From positions 2,294,001-2,358,000 of the forward strand of contig CM022672.1 of NCBI GenBank assembly GCA_012295275.1: a stretch of DNA of 64,000 nucleotides, read 5' to 3'. Shown one piece after another: positions 51,663 to 64,000 of the stretch. A model generated the notes under the pieces. That model saw only the letters and a list, made by a program, of their open reading frames with translations, did no database searches and had not been told where the DNA came from. The stretch is from Chrysomallon squamiferum (taxonomy: Eukaryota; Animalia; Mollusca). How positions within the stretch are numbered: position 1 is the first letter of the stretch; each line of letters opens with the position of its first letter. The translations under genes and the position numbers were made by a program.

Positions 51663-53491
51663 GAAACTGTACATTAAGAATGAAACATGGCGTTGTGGTC
51701 GTCGTTTTTGTCACAATCGTCTTCATAATAATAAGGAATATTCTGCTATAAGTGAATGAATGAAATAATAAATGAACAAATAAACATATACTTGAATAAA
51801 TAAATAAAAAGTAAATATATATATAATAGGATTATTTATGATTAAAATCGTTTTATCTCGATGCGTTCTTTGAATATTAAACATTAAACACATTCTTTCG
51901 TCACTTCATAAAAATAATTTAAACTGACATATAGGAAAAATCTAACACAGTTTTTATTCTTTTTTCATTCGTGTATTTGCTAGGATAGTAAACCGCAAGG
52001 AGATAAAATATCAGTAAAGTTATTTGATGCATCTCGTGCCTGCATATCTTAAATTACTAGCATTTTCTGATAACTGTATAACTGCATAATCGAAAGTAGT
52101 TTTTCTATACATCTATATACCTACTGAAATCTAAATTTACATCCAACTTATACTAACATTCTTTCATACATACAACCACGTTTGTCTGTTCCTCTTTTTG
52201 TCTGTCCATGTAAGTAAGTAGGGCAAGCAAGCATGCATGCATGTATGTATGTATGTATGTATGTATGTATGTATGTATGTATGTATGTATGTATGTCTGC
52301 TAATGTGTTTCGGGTATATATTTAAATGTATCTATGTGTTTTTCTGTGTGTATATTTCTGTAAGTATATATGTGTGTTTGTGAATGTTTCTAATATATAT
52401 ATATATATACATATATGAGTGTGTGTATGTATCTTTATATATCTGTATGTTTAAATGTATATATTTATGTTGCTATATAAATGTATGTATGTAGTGTATG
52501 TATGTATGTAATAGGGAACTATATTTTTAACCCTCTGACTCAAAATATCGTGCAACAATTGACTGCATCTAATCATCTTTCTAAACTGTATATGGTTATT
52601 TTGTAACGGCCCAAACAATGACTAATCCCACAGAATAGGTGTAGCACATTTCTACCGATCTAAAAGGCAACGTAAGATGTTAACAAGAACAATATTATTG
52701 TTGGAGAACTATCAAGTGATACAAGATCACAGATACACGGACTCATCAAAACCAAGGAAGACATATGAGTGCTGCGGGCAACGTGGCGTATATTTCTGTA
52801 TCTAAATTCTGAACGGAAAAAAAAAAAACATGATAGTTTTAGGCCCCACACGCTCACGAAATGTGTTTGCAAAATGCAAATACATAAAATAGACGTTTGC
52901 CCTACGTAATCTACTACAATTAATTGCAGGTTACTGTACATAACGCATGATGTAACGATGATACTGTGAACTGAAGAAATCGTGATGAAAAATCTTTGGT
53001 AAAATAGAAACAAATTAGCGCACAATGGCAGAGCTGTAATTGCATCTTTACTTAATTTGTGTGCCTTCACCTCTGCTAATGTTTATGAAATCACAATCAG
53101 TGTGAAGAAGGAGTAAACTACATTAGCATCACAGTCATCTGTCATTAATAGTGTACTGTGTACCGAATTAGCACTGCTGTACAGAATAGACGCCTTCAAC
53201 ATGATCTGGATTTCATGTATAATCAGCTACCGGAAGATTAACGATGCACGTAGATATATAAAAAGACTCTGTTTTTTTTTACTTAGTTGTATTTTGTGTA
53301 GGATTATTTCAGATTTTTTTGGTGCATATGTCGGTAAGGTTACAGTGATCCTAAGAACGTTTAGAAATTTTAGCAAGACCTTGAAACGTAATTTGAACAA
53401 AATGAACAAAATTCTTAACTCTGTAACGAGTACTTAATTAATAAATCCTTTTCTTGATGTATTCGTTGTTACACGCTTTTAATAACAATTT

Positions 53492-53660
<169 letters not shown>

Positions 53661-53869
53661 CTATCTATCTCTCTATCTTTTTACCTACTTGTCTATCTAA
53701 ATATATTTTTAAAAAGATGAAGTAAAGGAGCTGAAGAATGAAAAAGCAGGTTCTAAACAGTTTGATGGTAGAAATCATACTGACGTCAAAATTACATTTA
53801 TCAAATTGTGCCTTATATATCGCAGTGAGTTATTTTCGTTTGTAGCCAATCATCGACGCTTTGTTTATT

Positions 53870-54430
53870 AAAAATCATGGTATATGCTTTCTTGTCGTTG
53901 GGAAAAGCCATATAAAATCCCTTTCTTCTAATGACGAAAATGGTATATAATTATTTTAGACATTCGATGAATATGTGCTTTTTTTTATTATTATTATTTT
54001 TTCTATAGTATAAAAATTAATCATTGAAATAACTGGTAATATTAAAATGTTCCGAGGTCCCGTTTAAACAAACACTCATTCCTTCATTTGCAATCAAAGA
54101 TTTTAATGTCGCTGGCCTTAATACTTCATCACCTAAGCACGTGAAGGAAACTGTGTGGTAAGTAAAATAATTATGTCAAGAGGCTTATACTAGCAATAGT
54201 AACCACACAGGAGTTCATTCATATCCGTTCCCACATATTTGTGATAACTGTAATGGAAAAGATTACAATGAAATTCAGTATGCGTAGGACGTATGGATAG
54301 AAGTGACTCAATGAATATTTCTTTAACGACGTATCAGCTTATTAGGTAACAAACCCAGGAAACTCACTGCCGCTATTACATGATAATATAATCAAGTAGT
54401 AGCGAGTGATCTTTTACAAGCATCCTTCTC
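53870..54430. mobile_element. Two degenerate SINE-like fragments in opposite orientation
   Basis: 53870-53945 (GGTATATGCTTTCTTGTCGTTGGGAAAAGCCATATAAAATCCC) is loosely the reverse complement of 54395-54430 (GTAGCGAGTGATCTTTTACAAGCATCC) and resembles 30461-30510. Confidence 0.3.
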
Positions 54431-57400
54431 TTTGTCGTGAAAGTAAATACAACTTGAAATTTAATAAATTTATGAAACGAATACTCTCGTTCGATAGTTT
54501 TATTCTTTGCAGGTTTAAAAAAGAGTTGTTTCCCCTGGAACATAATTTAGCCAAATGATTAAAAAAAAATCCTGATATTAATGTGTATAATTATACATAT
54601 AAATTCTATTTTCACGCGCAAATGGTAATAAAGGTTACGCCCATAAAACGTTTATAAAAATCTACATCATCATCGTTCTTATACGTGTCCTGCTTTTTCC
54701 TTTGATGTTGCATGCATACGTCATAAATAAAATAAAAAAAACTAAAAAAACCCATTAATAATGACATAACCATTATTTTCTTTCTTTCCTTGTTTAGTTA
54801 TACCCTCAGCTATTACGCTTTCTGAGTCTCGAAATCAATGATCTGATCTTAATGATGTTAGTTATTATAATTAAATGTTTTTATCTTAATTCTGAAAATA
54901 CTCTTTTTTTTCTTTTTTTTAATAAATAGAATACAAATTATACCGACTCTTCCTTCATCTTTTCTTTTCTTTCTTTATTCATTTGATTCGTTCTTTCTAT
55001 CTTTTTCATTCATTCTGTCTGTCTGTCTTTCTTTCATCCTATACTTCGTTTCTTCCTTCATTCTTTTCGCTTTTTTTAATTTTTCTAAATTTATTAAGCC
55101 GAACAACTGTTGCATCAGACTGCGTACACACAGAAACCCATTACGACTCGGATAGCTATATCACTAATGACATTAGCAATGTATAATTACGGCGCAGAAA
55201 CTGCGACTCAAAGTATTTTTTTTTTTTTTTTTTCCCGGCGGACGATTGCTTTTGACAATAGCTTGCCCTGAAATACGGCAAGAAAAAAAAAAAAAAAAAT
55301 TAAAAAAAATCTCCACATGTGTCTGCGGTATTTACAACTGCTGTAGGGGACTGTTTATACAGATAAGGCCGAGATAAGAGCTTCCGATGACAATTTATCA
55401 TTTGACTTAATATTTGCACGCTTTGGCACTTGATTCCGCCAAATACACGTGGTTGCGCAAGCTAAAAGGGGAAATCCCGTAGGAAGTATTTCGTTGTTAA
55501 TGATTATGTGGCGCGTGAAAATCAAGGTAACAGTGATGGGAGATTAGAAAAAAAAAAAAAAAAAAAGGAGAAAGGTGTTGAAAGGTTTATGGCTCAGCTA
55601 CGGGATATTTTCTCGTCAAAATAATATTTCAACCTCTCTGGTAATTAACACGGTTATTAATGTGTGGTGGCTTTCGTTATAGATCCATGAATATTTATCC
55701 ATCTGTATGCGTTTATATACGTATGAAATAATGTGTGTAAGGGCGTGTGCTCCTTTTATATATGCATGCATCCATGCGTACGTGTTTGCGCGAGCGGTTA
55801 TTTGTGTGAATGTATATATATATCATCACATTCATATTAACTGATTTCTTTATTTATTCCAAACTCAATTATTCATAATGAATATGTTATTTTGTCTTAA
55901 ATTGAGGATGGTGAATTTATTCGATATTTCAGTGAAATGTTATGGAGAATAAGCGATTTATAGAAATAAAAAAATAAAAATAAAAATAAAATGAAAAATG
56001 AAAAAAATAAAAAAATGAAAAATAAATAATAATAAAATAATAAAATAAAAAATAAATTATCTGCGATAAGAACATCAGTTACAAAATATTTCTTCTGCCA
56101 TTTCTAATTCAATGACTTTGAAGACTTCTCGCTGGAACCGTGTTGTGTAAAGTGCTTTTGAAGGTTATAGGTCGCATAGATATGTAAATTAAAAATGTGA
56201 TCATTTAAATTGTTCTTTTTTAATAATAAATAATTTTTAAAAAAAAGAATATTTTATTACATAATTTTAAATATACCCCGGAGCAAAATTAGAAAACAGA
56301 TTTCTTTGTTGGTTATTTTGTAAGGAAGACTATATCCTGAAGTGTCAGATTTATTAAGCGTTGAGGAAATGATTTAAATCTGAATCAGAAAAATCTTGGC
56401 ATTAAATCTAAAGAATCCACAAATAATCGTTTTAAAAGACGTCATTAATATTTCAGTGCATAATACGGCCCTTTACATTCCAAGAAAATTTATTTGACAA
56501 AGACAGGTCATATATTTGATTAGATTTTGCTGAAAAAAGGGGTAGCTGTATTCTGCACTAAACCTGTTTTAATTAATTTCATTTGTCAATTCAACTGCTG
56601 ATCGTTTTAGCCAACCATAATCCGACGTTTAAACAGATCTATAGAATTTATGATGTATAAATAATGACAAAATTAAAATTTAAAGAAGGAAAAATAATAC
56701 TGAGAAAAAAAGAGCTAAATATGAACAGTTTCTTTGAATAGGTATGCTGTTTAAATATTGTTCGTTTAAGAAAGCGTGATTTTCCCATGGATCAAAGAAA
56801 AAATAATTCCTTCGCAGCAGCTTTGTTTGTAATCAGTGGATATTGCAAGCCATTCGCTTCAAACATTTTAAGTCATAAATTATTTCTCTTCTTTGTTTTT
56901 TGTCTACAGTTTTACGTATTTGATTTACTAATATCCCTCACTGTGGTAAACTATACCATCTTTCTTATTTTTCCCCTTCTTTTTTTTTTTAACCAGAGAC
57001 TTTAAAATAAAAATCAGCGGTGAATATAACTCTGTAACATGGCCTGAACTAAGAAAAAAAAAAGATTGATAATTAACCCACAATGTCATTGCATTATAAA
57101 GAATAATAAAAAAAAAAAAAAAAAAAAAAAAGAGATATAGAGAGAGAAAAGAATGTAGGACACGTGAATACAAACTAAAAGGTATGTTACTGAAAGAATA
57201 TATCTAAAATTTGCTTTTTAAAAATGTTCATAAAAATTGTGAGAAAATATTGTCATATGGACAAACGTTGCAAGAACGTCATTTAATCAGACTTTTATGC
57301 CTGAGGGCACGAAGCTTCTTTTTTTCTTGTAGGGGGGAACAATTCAGCTATCATTTTCAATTTAATCTTTTAACGTTTATTATCCACTTATGTGTGAAAT

Positions 57401-57640
57401 ATTACAACAATACATGGGGCAAATCAGCTTCCTTTAAATCAGGCTGTCAGCGGATCTTGTGGAGAAAAAATATGAAATAAAATGGAAATTACTCGCTGCG
57501 GGCGAGTTTTGTAACACAAGCACTCCAAAACTCCTGTTGTACTCCATGGCAACTTCCAACACCGCATCCACCATTCTTGTTTCGCAAACAATTCCCAACG
57601 ACTTCTTTGCTGGGGTCGAATAATCTAAGCTATCAAGAAT

Positions 57641-57930
57641 ATGGAAATCAATCATTTGCACGCAGGGGGTCTTTCTGCATCTCTTTCTACCCCCAGGGCA
57701 TGTCCGTCACTGAAGCGGGGATCAAGTATCAAAGTGCAGCATTCGTTCTACACCATGCTTCGTTTTCGGGTGGCAGATCACAAGAAGGCCAACGGCTTGG
57801 GACTGTCGGGACCCGGCGGTCCTCGGAAAGGTGCTCAACATGGTGCGCATGCGCGGAGGCAGTTCCCAGCAGGCGTTTTTCACGACAGAAGGGCCAGTCA
57901 CACGTCAGCGACGTTTTGCTGCAAAGCTAA
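57641..57930 (+). CDS. Putative first coding exon of an unidentified gene (MEINHLHAGG...RRASHTSATFCCKA)
   Basis: GC-rich island in AT-rich DNA. The ATG-led non-repetitive frame stays open up to a donor AA|GTAAGG (phase 2), and the codon usage looks coding. No family recognised. Confidence 0.55.
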
Positions 57931-59188
57931 GTAAGGATATTCCTATTGGCTTCCGCTGTAAACGCATGACGCTATATTCACACTGTCTTCATGCTGCTTG
58001 AAATCTGTTGTTAATAAGTACTATCAGTTTCTGTTGTTTCTTTGTTTTTTAAAAAAGGGAAAAAGAAAAAAGAAGAAACCATTCACCGATTATTATAAAT
58101 TTAATTGTTTTTAATTATAGTTCTCTTCCATTAATTTCAGACATGTGCATTAATGACAGCACAACAGCAGTCATCACATCATCATCATCATCATCAGCAT
58201 CGGCGCTTTGTAAATGTGCTTTGGTTGCTAATTCTGATTTACCTGTTTAAGATCATAAATTCAGTTCTTTTAAGTTTTTTTTATCTTTCGTACTGGAAGA
58301 AAACAATTCGTTAAGAAGTGTAAAGAATATCATATTTTCTAAATACTAATAGTAATGTTAATAATATTTTGCATACTTGTATTTTGATGTTTTACACAGC
58401 TTCAGTTGTGTCTTGTTTCTTCTGATTGTTGCTTATTGTTGCTGCCGAGATGATTGTCGTCGGTATTTTTGGGGTGATGATTTATGTATGTATGTATGTT
58501 TATGTATATGTGCATATATGCATATCTTTGTATGTGTGTACGTATATATTTATGTCTGTAAAGGGTTTATGAATGTAACTGTGCACATATGTATTATGTT
58601 TATACACGTGTGTAATTGTGAGACTGTGTGAGTGTGTGTGTGTGTGTGTGGCTGTATATAGTCCTTATAATTTAAGGTATATGAAAAATAAATGTTACTG
58701 AGCATAAAACCAAAGATTATTCCTAATTATCACATATATTTCCTTAATATATTTCTATCCATAACTTTATTCTCTGTTAGTTCTTGTGAAACAGGGTCTC
58801 ATAGATGTTTTCATTATACCTTTATTCTGCCTTCATACAGCAGAACTTTCTCTGTTCTATTTTTCTTTCATTTTTAATATATATATATTTTTTGTATGCA
58901 ACCAGTGTGATCTATGTTCCTTTTAATTAAAATCATCATGTGAAATATCGGCCTCGGCGAAGTATTGTTTTACATTTAATCTCAGACCTGCAAAGCTTAC
59001 ACGTGTTCCTTTGACTTCGCATGCTTGTCGCCCATAAACAACTCGAGGACAAATACAGAGTGCACAGTGCAAACTGTTGTTTAAGAAAACACCTGAAACA
59101 CCGAGTGGCGTAGAGAAAAGGAGAGCAAACTCTTGGGCATTATCCAAAATTCATTCTGAAGCACGGCTACAAACACACACCACACAAT

Positions 59189-59234
<46 letters not shown>

Positions 59235-59329
59235 ATCATACACACATATGTATAAAGAAAGAAAGATAGAGAAAGAGACACAGACAGAGAGAGAAGCAAA
59301 GAGAGATATTCAGGTTGGAGAAACAAAGA

Positions 59330-59520
<191 letters not shown>

Positions 59521-61437
59521 AATGGGGCAGAAAGAAGAACCACTAGGATACCTCCTGCCGAGGTGAAAGAGATGGAGGAACTGAACAGTCTCCTCCGACT
59601 TCGTGAAAAGCCCTGAACAGGCTCCATTGTTCCAGCATTTGAACTATCATCAAAGTTAACAACGCTTTGTAATTTATGCTGATAATGCTCTGAGGATATA
59701 GGTTCAGTGTGCACTCGGTTTTAGAGTGAAAGGGTGAACATCTCACGCAGTTCACTCCTGTTCGTGTCGTGTAATCGTTATATGGCCTTTGAATAACCCA
59801 TTAATTAAATGAGGTGGGTTTTTTTTTCTGTCGTTTTGAAGGAGAAACGGTTCCAGGTACATTTCGTAGATCATTCGGTGTTATCGCCTGCTATAGTATG
59901 TTAGTGGGAGGTTGTTTTAATGAAAGAAAAAATATTAATTCATTTTTGTAAATCTAATTATAGCGTATTTTTAATAAATCTTTCAATTCTACCACGCACA
60001 CCCGTACCCTCCCACACAAATGTATGTATGTGTGTGTGTGTGTGTGTGTGTATTTAAATGCTAATTCATTATGCAGTCTGTGAATATCATTGTACTGTAC
60101 CATATTTTATCAGTTTGAATATTTATCCAAGTTTGCAATTATGCTACATGACAGAAGTTTACTATAAAGCTAATCTTCAATCAAAAAATGTATTTATGTA
60201 TTTATTTATCCATCCATCCATCCATCCATCTATATATGTCTGTCCGACTGCCTGCCTGCCTCTTTCTCGCTGTCTATCTCACTGTCTATCTGCCTATCTG
60301 TCTCTCGGTCTATCTGTCCGTCTGTTTGTCTGTCTACTTTCAGTGCCTGCTTTTGTGAAGGATAAATGAATCAATATAAGAAACTGTTATTAATATTTTT
60401 AATAATGACGGTCGTTCAGTATTAGCAATGATTAAAGTTTATTGCACTGTGGTAATACAAGAGAGAAAGTCTTCCAGAGTCTCTTCGCGTGGGATTTTGT
60501 ATTATCCTTCCAGTGGACAGGGAACCATAATTAACTCACAGAAAACTTACTGGAATAGAAAAAGTGGCACACCAAAAACAACTGATCCTGCAGTCACTGA
60601 TCACGGTTTTGAACTGATCATGGTTTTGGTTTAGTTTGTTTTGTAACTAAGAATCGAAGTATTTATAATAAAGATAATTACGTAGCCTTGACCATGGTTA
60701 GTTAACAAAAACCTCAGGAAATAAGTAAAAAAATATATATATAAATAATTAAATAAAAAAGGAACACTAAAATGTCAGAGCTCATTTTTTACTTCAAATA
60801 TTTGTACACTGAGCAGGTCCAGATACATCTAACTGATGTATGCAATTAATTTAGCTGTGCATTTTAAGCACACCTGCATTTGCTAATGAATTATTGTTTC
60901 CTAAAACTAGAAGAATTTAAAATGAACAGAAGCAATGAAAGAAAGCAACAACCACTCATTAGTTTTTCCGGTGCATAATTTAATTTTTTAATATATATAT
61001 ATATATTTTTTTAATTATCCAAATAATTTATCCTTGTTAGGGATTTTGAATATCTCCAGGTAACCCGTACGAAATTTAAAACGGTTGAGCATGTTGTTTA
61101 TATCTATTTTAAACATGGATAAAACGTCATCGTAGTATTTCCGTAATAAACGTCGGCTCGACATCGCACGACGTTGGTCACGCAGTACAAACGAAATGTT
61201 GTATTTTTTTACACACAGACAGACGTTGTTATGTCTTGCAGTTCATCAACTGTGACAGCATGAAGAAAACACACGCCCAAGTGCATACCTTTGTGTCGAC
61301 ATATATAACTATAAAACACGACCTTTTTTTCTTTTTTTCTTTTTTTTTTAGAAAAAAGGCCATTGTAGAATGAGATACGGATTTTTACTTTTAAATAAAT
61401 AAATGAATGAATAACAAAACATAAATAAATTTCCGAT

Positions 61438-61470
<33 letters not shown>

Positions 61471-61623
61471 GTATTTATACTGAGACAAATGTTAGGATAG
61501 CTGTAGAATAAGATATGATTTCTTGTGGTAAGTGAAATAATTGAAAATACAACACATAACCAAACTGTATATGCCAGAGAATATACGCGTATGTTTATAA
61601 ATGCATACGTATACACACACAAC

Positions 61624-61741
<118 letters not shown>

Positions 61742-62556
61742 ATTTGGATATTACTGTCTTTGTATTTCTGAAGGTCTCTATATTTATAGCTATGCTTGCA
61801 TGCAGGTATGTACGTATATATTATGCATGTGTATGTGCATATAATTTTAGAAATATGTATAGCACAACTGTGCTATCAGCATTGCCGTTAGCTACATATG
61901 ACGAATAAACCTGAATGATATATCATACTATTACGTATTCCATTCTCTGCAGAAAGCAAAAGACATTAAAACGTGACGAGTACAAAAACGTCACGTACAA
62001 CCCACCCACCCACGGCCACCCTCTTCGATAGCCTTGGCAGTGTGCACTGCAATGTAATTCATCACCGAGCGCGTGTAAACAGCAGAACTGATAATTGAAG
62101 GGGAAATTTTCACAAACACCAATTAGCAAAGACTGCAGAACGTCCGTGGCATTTTGTTGACCGTCAGGAACAAAGTCTGGTCGTATTTTTGCTGTGGCAA
62201 GGCAAACGAATGAAATGATTCTTAAACGAGGGCGAGGTGACGGCACGAGGGTAGCACGCACACCTCCGTCGTTAGCGAAACAGTCATCGCGCGTCTCATA
62301 CGTCTTGTGCGTTTTATAATATCTGCGTTGCTTAGATGCGAGATTATTGCATAACAGAGAACAAAAACAATAAAGACGAAATTATGTTATATTTGTTTGT
62401 GACAGCATGAATCTCTCTCTCTGTCTGTCTGTCTCTGTCTCTCTCTCTCTCTGTCTCTCCTCTTTTCTCTCGATCTTTCATTTATGAGTGTGCTATTTCA
62501 ATATGACTGACACAAGATATATTATTTAACGATCTGATTATAAAATTATTAAAAAA

Positions 62557-62587
<31 letters not shown>

Positions 62588-63715
62588 ATACATGCAAAAG
62601 TGTCTACAGCAAAGAGAAGCCACCAAATTAAAAAAAAAAAAAAAAAAATTAAAAAAATAAAAAAAAAAAAAAATTTTTTTGAAGCAACTTGTTTGTGTCC
62701 GCGTCATAAATTTCATTTTGTCGTAAGTTTATCTTTCTAAAGACAACTTTCCCATGGCTTTATCTCTCCGTCTTGAGATCATTATGTCAGTTTATTTGTT
62801 TACTGAAGTGTCCCTTGTAATCAGCCTTGAACAATAACACAACAACCCTTTTGTTTCTGCCGTGAGTTTACTCTCAGGAATAGACCTGTGCGTATGAATG
62901 AAACGCTTTGTTTACGTCCCAACACCCCAGCACCGACATGTTTACTCAGACGTTGTTAGATGTCAGATAAACTAATTATCTCAAAAATCCGTCCATGATA
63001 ATTGAAAAATAATAACACGCATAGTGAGTGATGAGAATATAAATAATAACAATAGTAATAATAATAATTAAAAAAATACTGATGATGATGATAATAAATA
63101 AATAAAACTACATCTTCAATATGCTGATTCTTTAAATAAATTATAAAATAAGTAAGAAGGTATTATTTTAAAAATTAGATAAAAATATTGATCAATGATA
63201 GATGAATAAATTTAGACAGAGAAATAATTTTTTTTTTTTTTTTTTCGATTACCGGCAAATAATCTTTTTAACGTACATTCCTATAAACAGAAAAACACAT
63301 ACTAACTGCTTTCATAAACAAAAACTGTATCCGCATAGATGGTATCTTTGAGAAATACGAATTTGTTTTCAACCTATCTTTTGTATGGAGAAACATTCCA
63401 TGCGGATATTATTGGAAATGAATGCCAATACCTATATCAGCCTTTTATTCGCCACAAAAAGAAGCTTTAAATTCGGTTAACCCGTGTGATGACTTACACC
63501 CATAAACAATGATACAGCGACAATTTTAATTATATTAAGTGTCACCAGCTTATTAACGTCTTTATTGCATTAAGCAGGTGCAGCGAATAGGTAAAAGAGT
63601 TAAGACATTTCGTGCTTAAATCCCTGTCGAAGTTTTATGGCATCTTTGCATTGGTATGTGGCAATGCGATTAGCTTACTGAATAAATTTGGAAGACTCGT
63701 GCAGAATGGTGGGTT

Positions 63716-63746
<31 letters not shown>

Positions 63747-63889
63747 TGGAGAGCTTACCAGATGTGCGCAATCCAACATATTAAAAAGAGATTGCTTTCT
63801 TTATCCTGCTAGCTTTGCTGGAGCGCTTCTTTATCGTTTGCGTTTATCCACCTATCGAGGTGAAATAACCGACCACCACTAGCCAAAAT

Positions 63890-64000
63890 ATGACAAGTAT
63901 GCTGATGGTCGGCCATGTCCACGGCAAGGTAGCGTCCCGAGACATATCTTCCCATCCCGCGATGCGGGTTGTAAGAAGGGCTCGACCAGCGACACGTGTT
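63890..64000 (+). CDS. Putative coding exon start running off the window (MTSMLMVGHVHGKVASRDISSHPAMRVVRRARPATRV...)
   Basis: Abrupt GC-rich segment with an ATG-led frame open for 37 codons to the window end. Confidence 0.35.
   Translation, partial: MTSMLMVGHVHGKVASRDISSHPAMRVVRRARPATRV

Noticed and set aside
62774-62795. TGAGATCATT resembling the bantam miRNA seed region
   Set aside because: The match stops after 10 nt and I saw no pairing 5' arm.

Overview
AT-rich, microsatellite-dense, intron-containing animal genomic DNA, most likely molluscan (gastropod-like; inferred from gene content and degenerate repeats). I rebuilt exons by hand from GT-AG sites and reading phase. 1-3.1 kb holds the 3' part of an animal heme peroxidase gene with a 1-nt frame discrepancy. 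7.8-14.7 kb holds a complete secreted heme peroxidase gene (13 coding exons, about 754 aa, chorion peroxidase/peroxinectin-like). 18.6-38.9 kb holds three intact tandem SLC22 (organic cation transporter-like) paralogues with 10 coding exons each. All five genes are on the + strand. 39-64 kb has no recognisable domain-coding exons. It does carry several GC-richer islands that look like alternative ATG-containing first exons, most ending in a phase-2 donor, of a large + strand gene whose shared exons would lie beyond the window. Main points of interest: an OCT-like Lys/acid gate pair shifted by one residue on both helices of the SLC22s, a binding-site-diverged middle paralogue that lacks the PDZ motif, patchwork gene conversion, intron gain/loss between the peroxidases, and the putative alternative-first-exon array. 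Most entries in the supplied ORF track are microsatellite artefacts.
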